Source: Saprospiraceae bacterium
Lineage (GTDB): Bacteria; Bacteroidota; Bacteroidia; Chitinophagales; Saprospiraceae
DNA: 64,000 bases
Direction: 5' to 3'
Assembly (NCBI GenBank): GCA_020847915.1
Contig: JADLBE010000529.1
Span: forward strand, 21,417-85,416
Below the pieces are notes generated by a model. It worked only from the letters and a program-made list of their open reading frames with translations. It searched no databases and had not been told where the DNA came from. Shown piece by piece: positions 57,212-64,000 of the stretch. Both the position numbers and the translations under genes were made by a program. The first letter of the stretch is position 1. Each line of letters opens with the position of its first letter.

Positions 57212-59377
57212 ATGGGTCGTATTTGCATCCTTTGTTTTTGTTTTTTACTATTCCCAATGGCCTTTTCACAGGCGCAACAGTCGCCCATGGTCAACCCTGT
57301 ACCTTACAGCATTGACGAACTTCAACGCCGGACGTTTAATTGGTTTTGGGAACTTGCGGACACAACCAACTTTCAAATCCCCGACCGATACCCGACACTT
57401 TCATTTTCCAGCATAGCAGCTACAGGATTTGGTTTAAGCAGTTACCTCGTGGGTGTCGAACGGGGTTGGATTACCCGCAAACAAGCCGCTGACCGCGTTT
57501 TAAAAACCCTGCAGGTTTTGAAAGACCTGCCCCAGGGACCGCAAGCGCAGGGAGTTTCGGGTTACAAGGGATTTTATTACCATTTTCTCGACAATCAGAA
57601 AGCACATCGTTATCAAAAAGTCGAGCTTTCCTCCATCGATACCGGATTACTTATGGCCGGCATTTTGTCGTGTATGAGTTATTTCGACGGCAACGATGCT
57701 ACCGAAAAAGCCATTCGCGAAACATCTGATTTCCTTTACCGTCGGGTAGAATGGGATTGGTTTATGAACGACCGTTACCTGCTCAGCATGGGCTGGCACC
57801 CTGAAAAAGGGTTCCTTTCTGCCGAGTGGCGCGGCTACAACGAAGCCATGGTTTTACTCGTCATGGCCATGGGTTCGCCCACACATCCGGTGCCTAAAAA
57901 AATGTGGGACCAATGGTGTAACACATATTACCGCACGGAATACAAAGGACAGGACATGGTGAATTTCGGTCCACTTTTTGGTCACCAGTACAGCCATGTT
58001 TGGATCGATTTTCGGGGCATCCAGGACGATTACATGCGCGGTATGGGCATTGATTATTTTGAAAACAGCCGCCGTGCTACGCTTGCCAACCGTCAACATT
58101 GCATCGATAACCCAGGTGGTTTTACTGGTTACGGTCCCAATATTTGGGGTCTCACCGCAGGTGACGGTCCCGGCTACGCCGAAAAAAAGTTTAATGGACG
58201 AACAGTCCGGTTCAATGGTTATGCAGCCCGTGGCGTTGCTGCCGATTACCACGACGACGACGGCACCATTGCACCTACAGCTGTAGGAGGATCGGTGCCG
58301 TTTGCGCCTGAAGTTTGCCTGCCCGCACTGGAAGCCATGTGGAACCGTTTTCCGGTTGGTTTGTATGGTTTTTACGACGGGTACAATGAAAGTTACACCT
58401 GGAAAGACGAAGGCGCCAAAGGACAGGACGGCTTCCCTTACTGGGTAGATGTTGATTACCTGGGCATCGACCAGGGCCCCATTTTGCTCATGCTTGAAAA
58501 CCACCGCAGCGAGCTGTTGTGGAACATCATGAAAAAAAATCCATACATCGTGCAGGGGTTAAAAAAGGCGGGATTTACAGGCGGTTGGTTGGATAAAAGC
58601 AAGGCCATCACGGCAGAATCACCTGCTTACGGCAAAAGTGCTGTTACCAACCCAGACATCCCGCTGGATCCGGCTGGTTACTTCCAGCGACTGGAATACA
58701 AAGACGCTTCCGGCAAAAAGCTGCCTTATCAAATGCTTAAACCGGAAAGTCCCAAAAAGGGTGTAAAATATCCGTTGGTTTTGTTTTTACACGGCGCTGG
58801 TGAACGTGGTGATAACAACCATGCACAAACAAAAAACGGCGTTTATGCTTTTTGTGAAACCGTAAACCTTGAAAAATACCCCTGTTACCTAATAGCTCCA
58901 CAATGTCCAATCGGCCAGCAATGGGGAGGCCTGCAACGTGGACTTGAAAGTGTGACATTTGATCCCTCAACGCCTTCGGAGCCAGGCCGTTTGGCCCTTG
59001 AATTGCTCGACAAAGTTCTTCAGGAAAATCCGGACATCGACCGCAACAGAATTTACATCACCGGCTTGTCGATGGGTGGTTTTGGCACCATCGATTTGCT
59101 CATGCGCCGTCCCGAATTGTTTGCAGCGGCCATGCCCCTGTGCGGTGGCGGCGACATTCAATACACTGACAAAATCAAAAACATACCCATTTGGCTGTTT
59201 CATGGTGGAATTGATGAGGTTGTGCTGCCTGCTTTTTCAAGAAATATGTATAAAGCTTTGAAAGACAAGGGCTCCAGCGTCAAATACACCGAATTCAGTA
59301 CCCTCGGGCATTCCATGTGGCAGGAAACTTATTACAATCCTGCTGTTTTGGACTGGCTGTTTTCCCAACACCGTTGA
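57212..59377 (+). CDS. GH144-like glucanase domain fused to alpha/beta-hydrolase esterase (mirror copy)
   Basis: Mirror of 4562-6727 with an identical translation. Confidence 0.75.
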   Translation: MGRICILCFCFLLFPMAFSQAQQSPMVNPVPYSIDELQRRTFNWFWELADTTNFQIPDRYPTLSFSSIAATGFGLSSYLVGVERGWITRKQAADRVLKTLQVLKDLPQGPQAQGVSGYKGFYYHFLDNQKAHRYQKVELSSIDTGLLMAGILSCMSYFDGNDATEKAIRETSDFLYRRVEWDWFMNDRYLLSMGWHPEKGFLSAEWRGYNEAMVLLVMAMGSPTHPVPKKMWDQWCNTYYRTEYKGQDMVNFGPLFGHQYSHVWIDFRGIQDDYMRGMGIDYFENSRRATLANRQHCIDNPGGFTGYGPNIWGLTAGDGPGYAEKKFNGRTVRFNGYAARGVAADYHDDDGTIAPTAVGGSVPFAPEVCLPALEAMWNRFPVGLYGFYDGYNESYTWKDEGAKGQDGFPYWVDVDYLGIDQGPILLMLENHRSELLWNIMKKNPYIVQGLKKAGFTGGWLDKSKAITAESPAYGKSAVTNPDIPLDPAGYFQRLEYKDASGKKLPYQMLKPESPKKGVKYPLVLFLHGAGERGDNNHAQTKNGVYAFCETVNLEKYPCYLIAPQCPIGQQWGGLQRGLESVTFDPSTPSEPGRLALELLDKVLQENPDIDRNRIYITGLSMGGFGTIDLLMRRPELFAAAMPLCGGGDIQYTDKIKNIPIWLFHGGIDEVVLPAFSRNMYKALKDKGSSVKYTEFSTLGHSMWQETYYNPAVLDWLFSQHR

Positions 59378-59380
59378 TCA

Positions 59381-61606
59381 ATGTCATCCATTCGCTGTAT
59401 GAAAGTTTTACAACCATCGTTGCTGATTATGTGCCTTTTGCTGGCGCAAATACACCTGAGCGCTCAACCGTCGAAACACACGCAAAAAGTTGAGGCGTTG
59501 CTCGCCAAAATGACCCTTGAGGAGAAAATTGGGCAAATGACCCTGTATACCACAGACTGGGGTTCTACCGGACCAACCATTCGGGAAGGGTACCGCACCG
59601 ACATCCGTTCGGGCGCCTGCGGTGCATTGTTCAACAGCCATACCACTGCATTTACCCGCGAACTCCAGCGCATCGCCGTGGAAGAATCGCGTTTGAAAAT
59701 TCCGCTTTTGTTTGGCTACGATGTCATTCATGGTTACAAAACCATTTTTCCCATACCCCTGGGCGAGGCGGCCAGCTGGGATCCTGCCGCCGCCGAAACA
59801 TCGGCTCGTGTAGCTGCTGTTGAAGCATCGGCTTCCGGATTGCACTGGACCTTTGCACCCATGTGCGACGTCAGCCGCGACCCCCGCTGGGGCCGCGTAA
59901 TGGAAGGCGCAGGGGAGGATACTTACCTGGGAAGCCGCTTTGCTGAAGCACGTGTTCGTGGCTTTCAGGGGCGTGGACTGGGCAATACCGACGCCATGAT
60001 TGCCTGTGTGAAACACTTTGCAGGTTATGGAGCACCCATGGGCGGACGGGATTACAACACCGTGGACATGAGCGAGCGTTATTTCCGCGATTTTTACCTG
60101 CCGCCCTACGAAGCGGCGGTGCGTGCAGGCGCGGCAACGGTCATGACGTCATTCAACGACTACGACGGCATGCCTGCCTCCGGAAACAAACATTTGCTGA
60201 CCGACATCCTGCGCAAGGAATGGGGTTTTACAGGGTTTGTTGTCACGGATTATACGTCCATCAACGAAATGGTGAACCACGGCGTGGCCGCCGACGATAA
60301 AGCGGCAGGCGAACTCGCCGCGAATGCCGGTGTGGACATGGACATGCAAGGCGCTGTTTACCAGCGTTTTTTGGCCCAATCGGTGCGCGATGGGAAAGTA
60401 CCCGTATCGCAAATCGACGATGCCGTGCGCCGCATACTCACCCTCAAAATGGACATGGGATTGTTTGAAGATCCCTACAAATTTTGCGATCCGGAACGCG
60501 AAAAACGCGTGATCCTCAGCGCCGACCACCGTGCCAAAGCACGCGATGTTGCCCGCAAATCGGTGGTGCTTTTAAAAAATGAAGGACAAACGCTTCCGCT
60601 GAATACCAAAGCCAAAATCGCCCTGATCGGTCCGCTTGGTGATAACCAGAGTGAACTTATCGGTGCCTGGTCGGGTTCCGGCAGCGGCAACGACTGCATC
60701 AGCCTTTTGCAGGGTTTGACCAATGCAGGAGGCAATGTTACTTTCAGCAAAGGTTGCAATGTTGAAGGCGATGACCGCAGTGGTTTCGATGCCGCAGTAG
60801 CACTTGCCCGACAGAGCGATGTAATCGTCCTTGCCATAGGTGAAATGGCCTGGATGAGCGGAGAAGCAGCTTCACGTGCCGACATCAACCTACCGGGTGT
60901 CCAGGAAGAACTCGCCCGTGCACTCAAGGCAACCGGCAAACCGATGGTGGTGGTTTTGATGAACGGTCGGCCACTCACCATTCCATGGTTGGCTGAAAAC
61001 GCTTCCTCCATCCTCGAAGCCTGGTGGCTGGGCACGGAGACGGGCAACGCTTTGGCCGACATCCTGTACGGCGCTTACAATCCTTCGGGCAAACTTCCCA
61101 TGACTTTTCCACGCAGCGTAGGTCAGGTGCCTGTTTTTTACAACGAAAAAAGTACCGGCAGGCCCTATGATCCCAATTCCAAATGGACCAGCAAATACAT
61201 CGATTCGCCCAATGCACCACTTTATGCCTTTGGATATGGGCTTAGCTACACCACCTTCAGCTACGGCGACCCGGTGGTGGATAAAAAAGCTTTCAGCAAC
61301 GGTGAAAAAATCACCTTGCGTGTTCGCCTGACCAATACCGGCAAATACGAGGGCGAAGAAACCGTGCAACTGTACATCCGCGACCTGGTAGCTTCGTCCA
61401 CAAGGCCGGTGAAAGAATTGAAAGGGTTTCAGAAAATTCGCCTGAAGCCAGGCGAAAGCAGGGATGTAAGTTTTGAAATTGGTGAAAATGACCTTAAATT
61501 TTACCGCCGAGACATGACCTATGGCACCGAGCCAGGCGATTTCGACCTCATGGTAGGTGGTTCCTCCGATCAGGTAAAAACCATTCGGGTACAGCTTAAA
61601 CCCTAA
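59381..61606 (+). CDS. bglX: GH3 beta-glucosidase BglX-type (mirror copy)
   Basis: Mirror of 2333-4558 with an identical translation. Confidence 0.93.
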   Translation: MSSIRCMKVLQPSLLIMCLLLAQIHLSAQPSKHTQKVEALLAKMTLEEKIGQMTLYTTDWGSTGPTIREGYRTDIRSGACGALFNSHTTAFTRELQRIAVEESRLKIPLLFGYDVIHGYKTIFPIPLGEAASWDPAAAETSARVAAVEASASGLHWTFAPMCDVSRDPRWGRVMEGAGEDTYLGSRFAEARVRGFQGRGLGNTDAMIACVKHFAGYGAPMGGRDYNTVDMSERYFRDFYLPPYEAAVRAGAATVMTSFNDYDGMPASGNKHLLTDILRKEWGFTGFVVTDYTSINEMVNHGVAADDKAAGELAANAGVDMDMQGAVYQRFLAQSVRDGKVPVSQIDDAVRRILTLKMDMGLFEDPYKFCDPEREKRVILSADHRAKARDVARKSVVLLKNEGQTLPLNTKAKIALIGPLGDNQSELIGAWSGSGSGNDCISLLQGLTNAGGNVTFSKGCNVEGDDRSGFDAAVALARQSDVIVLAIGEMAWMSGEAASRADINLPGVQEELARALKATGKPMVVVLMNGRPLTIPWLAENASSILEAWWLGTETGNALADILYGAYNPSGKLPMTFPRSVGQVPVFYNEKSTGRPYDPNSKWTSKYIDSPNAPLYAFGYGLSYTTFSYGDPVVDKKAFSNGEKITLRVRLTNTGKYEGEETVQLYIRDLVASSTRPVKELKGFQKIRLKPGESRDVSFEIGENDLKFYRRDMTYGTEPGDFDLMVGGSSDQVKTIRVQLKP

Positions 61607-61627
61607 TTTTATAAAATCATTTGTTTC

Positions 61628-61655
61628 GAATTCCGAACTCCGAACTTCGAACTCC
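61628..61655. repeat. Degenerate tandem heptamer repeat (mirror copy)
   Basis: Mirror of 2284-2311. Confidence 0.7.
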
Positions 61656-61673
61656 AAACTAATTTCCTTCCGT

Positions 61674-64000
61674 ATGAAGCCAGGAATACAAGTTTCTAAA
61701 ATGTTTTGGCTGCTGATTTTCAGTGTGATGACCACAGCCATGGTCGCCCAGGTAACCGTAACCGGGCGAGTTTACGACTCAACGGACAGCAGCGGGCTCA
61801 TTGGTGTTACGGTGCGTGAAAAGGGCACCAACAACGGTACCAGCACCGACATCGATGGCAATTTTCGATTTTCAGTGGCCGATTTGAATGCCGTATTGCA
61901 GTTTGATTACACCGGTTTTACAACTGTGGAAGAGGCTTTGTCGGGCCGAAACAACATCCTGGTGGCCATGGGCACCAATGTGAACCTCATCGACGAAGTG
62001 GTGGTGATCGGTTATGGTGTACAGCAAAAAAGCGACCTGACAGGATCCGTGGGTACCTTAAAAAGCAAGGACATCGAAAAAATACCGACGTCTTCGCTGG
62101 AGCAGGCCATGCAGGGAAAAATAGCCGGTGTGTACGTAACACCGTCCAGCGGACAGCCGGGCGCAGGCGCCATCATCAGGATTCGCGGTACAGGAACCCT
62201 GAACAATGCCAACCCGTTGTACGTTGTGGATGGTATGTTGCTCGACAACATTTCCTTCATAAATCCACAGGACGTGGCCTCGATCGAAGTGTTGAAAGAC
62301 GCTTCCGCAACGGCCATTTACGGAAACCGTGGCGCCAATGGTGTCATCATCATTACGACCAAAAAAGGAAGTACCGATGGCAAAGGGGTGATTTCATTGA
62401 GCACGTATTACGGCACTCAGGAGGTAACCAGAAAAATTCCGATGGCCAATGCCTCCGAATTTGCACAGATGTACAATGAATTCTCCAACAGCAATTATTT
62501 TGCAGATCCTGCCTCGTTGGGTGCGGGTTTCGATTGGCAGGATTATTTCTTTCAACAAGCGCCCATAGGCAGTGTACAACTGAGTGCCAGTGGCGGCAGC
62601 AACAAATACCTTTACAACGTTTCCGCCAACTATTTCAACCAGGAAGGCATTGTTAAAGAATCGTCGTACGAACGCATCACCTTGCGTTTGAACAACGAGT
62701 ATGAGGTCAACAACTTCATTCGCCTGGGCAACAACATCGCTTTTGCCCGATCGGAATCGCAAAATCCTTCCAACTCCGTGGAAGGCGCCTACAGGATGCA
62801 GCCTGTTCTGGAGCCTTTTGATTCCACCGGGAACTTTACCGACCCAACCGATCCGTACGGAACGGCCATGGGCAATGCCGCTGCCGACCTTTTTTACCGA
62901 AAAAACAACCACACCTTCGTTAACCGCATGGTGGGAACGGTTTATGGCGACATAAAACTTTTCAAATACTTTACGTTCAGAAGCAATTTTGGTCTCGACC
63001 TGTCGTACCTGAACAACAAGTTTTACCTGCCCGAATATGAAGTGTCCATTTCCCAGCGCAACCCGGAAGACCAGTTGACCCTTGGTTACGACCAGCAACG
63101 GACGTGGCTGTGGGAGAACACCCTCACCTATGCTCAGGAATGGGAAAACCTTCGTTTGAACGTTTTGGGTGGTTATACTTCACAGGAATCCTACAGTGAA
63201 TTCTACGGCGCCGGTAGACGCAGTTTTCCGTCCGGGGCAGATGAATTGCTTTACCTCAGCGCAGGCAACGATACCACCATGACCAACAGTGGGAGTGCTT
63301 CAGACTGGGCCATGGTCAGCTATCTTTTCCGGGTAAATACCACACTTTTTGACCGCTACCTTTTCACCGCGTCCATGCGTGCCGACGGATCGTCGAGGTT
63401 CAACCGGGACAACCGTTGGGGTTATTTTCCTTCTTTTGCCGTGGGCTGGAACGTTGCGCAGGAGTCGTTTATGGAAAACCAGCGCATCTTCGACCGGCTT
63501 AAACTGCGCGCATCGTGGGGTATTTCCGGAAACGACAAAACACAATTGTATCCATCACTTGGCGCCATCACGAACGGACTTTCGGTCATTCTTGGCCCCG
63601 GAGAAAGTTTGAACAACGGCGCCACACTGATCAATTACGCCAATTCCGACGTACGTTGGGAAGAAGTTACACAAGCCGACATCGGTGTGGAAATGGCTTT
63701 TTTCAACAGCCGTCTGACCACCGAAATTGATTTTTACAACCGTTATACGGAAGGTATCCTGGCCGATTTGCCCATACCAGCCTACGTTGGTTCGCAAACG
63801 AACCCGGTCATCAACCAGGCTGAGGTTTTGAACCGCGGCATCGACTTGTCGATGAACTGGCGTGAATCCAAATCAAGGTTTTCCTACAACGTCGGATTCA
63901 TCCTTTCCACGGTACACAACGAAGTAAAAAGGTTGAGTCTGGGACGTTCAGAGATTTTTTCCGGAGGTACAGGACAAGGCGATCAGGCTTCCAGGACTGT
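61674..64000 (+). CDS. SusC/RagA-family TonB-dependent receptor, N-terminal ~775 codons; runs off the window end (mirror copy plus 62 extra nt)
   Basis: The ATG is at 61674 and the frame stays open to 64000. Motifs are as for complement(1..2265). Confidence 0.9.
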   Translation, partial: MKPGIQVSKMFWLLIFSVMTTAMVAQVTVTGRVYDSTDSSGLIGVTVREKGTNNGTSTDIDGNFRFSVADLNAVLQFDYTGFTTVEEALSGRNNILVAMGTNVNLIDEVVVIGYGVQQKSDLTGSVGTLKSKDIEKIPTSSLEQAMQGKIAGVYVTPSSGQPGAGAIIRIRGTGTLNNANPLYVVDGMLLDNISFINPQDVASIEVLKDASATAIYGNRGANGVIIITTKKGSTDGKGVISLSTYYGTQEVTRKIPMANASEFAQMYNEFSNSNYFADPASLGAGFDWQDYFFQQAPIGSVQLSASGGSNKYLYNVSANYFNQEGIVKESSYERITLRLNNEYEVNNFIRLGNNIAFARSESQNPSNSVEGAYRMQPVLEPFDSTGNFTDPTDPYGTAMGNAAADLFYRKNNHTFVNRMVGTVYGDIKLFKYFTFRSNFGLDLSYLNNKFYLPEYEVSISQRNPEDQLTLGYDQQRTWLWENTLTYAQEWENLRLNVLGGYTSQESYSEFYGAGRRSFPSGADELLYLSAGNDTTMTNSGSASDWAMVSYLFRVNTTLFDRYLFTASMRADGSSRFNRDNRWGYFPSFAVGWNVAQESFMENQRIFDRLKLRASWGISGNDKTQLYPSLGAITNGLSVILGPGESLNNGATLINYANSDVRWEEVTQADIGVEMAFFNSRLTTEIDFYNRYTEGILADLPIPAYVGSQTNPVINQAEVLNRGIDLSMNWRESKSRFSYNVGFILSTVHNEVKRLSLGRSEIFSGGTGQGDQASRT

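Larger units (their letters stand above)
31970..63938. repeat. Right arm of window-spanning zero-spacer inverted repeat (palindrome)
   Basis: Reverse complement of 1-31969 (see left arm). 63939-64000 extends the susC-like gene beyond the mirror of the window start. Confidence 0.95.

Noticed and set aside
1-63938. Reading the two arms as real paralogous gene sets, or as a composite transposon with giant terminal inverted repeats
   Set aside because: The arms appear identical down to intergenic bases and meet with no spacer. The window contains no transposase, integrase or recombinase, and the content is housekeeping or metabolic. Identity this complete over 32 kb looks like a single sequence read twice, not diverging paralogues or IS-bounded cargo.
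63939-64000. Asymmetric 62-nt tail as a distinct flanking element marking the palindrome boundary
   Set aside because: It continues the susC-like reading frame without interruption. The asymmetry comes only from where the window was cut, so the true outer boundary of the palindrome is not observable here.

Overview
Positions 1-63938 form one zero-spacer inverted repeat that looks perfect. Position x pairs with 63939-x, and the symmetry centre lies between 31969 and 31970. Every ORF in the track has an identical-protein partner at mirrored coordinates, and every intergenic stretch I spot-checked is an exact reverse complement. The window therefore holds only about 32 kb of unique sequence, read once in each orientation. 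Bases 63939-64000 just continue the outermost gene past the mirror of the window start.

The unique content looks Bacteroidota-like: a SusC-type receptor, T9SS C-terminal sorting domains, TAnnTTTG-type promoter boxes, and about 50% GC by eye. From the outer edge to the centre it contains:
- (1) A beta-glucan PUL-like cluster: SusC (partial), GH3 BglX, a GH144-like domain fused to an esterase, a six-module CBM-like T9SS protein, a second GH144-like T9SS protein, and a propeller/Y_Y_Y-TM-LuxR one-component regulator.
- (2) An AraC regulator and a sulfide-handling module: thioredoxin, type II sulfide:quinone oxidoreductase, and a split YeeE/YedE pair.
- (3) A CcoI/FixI-like copper P-type ATPase, a small unknown protein, a tandem-Usp protein, a 109-aa unknown, and a TetR regulator.
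- (4) An HEXXH (M61-like) peptidase, a lamin-tail-domain secreted protein, and an unknown lipoprotein-like protein.
- (5) A SIS-type PGI/PMI followed by classical Pgi. The Pgi terminator-like hairpin is exactly the palindrome centre.

I found no tRNA, rRNA, CRISPR array, transposase, integrase or recognisable defence system.

The most likely explanation for the palindrome is a fold-back (hairpin) sequencing or assembly artefact nucleated at the pgi terminator. A hairpin telomere or a true palindromic duplication is the less likely biological alternative and needs raw-read evidence.

Secondary observations: a set of heptamer-periodic intergenic repeats and hairpins, a 14-nt motif shared upstream of trx and sqr, and unusual domain fusions in the glucan locus. 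I could not compare every base of the two arms or run any homology search, so family names rest on motifs I recognise.
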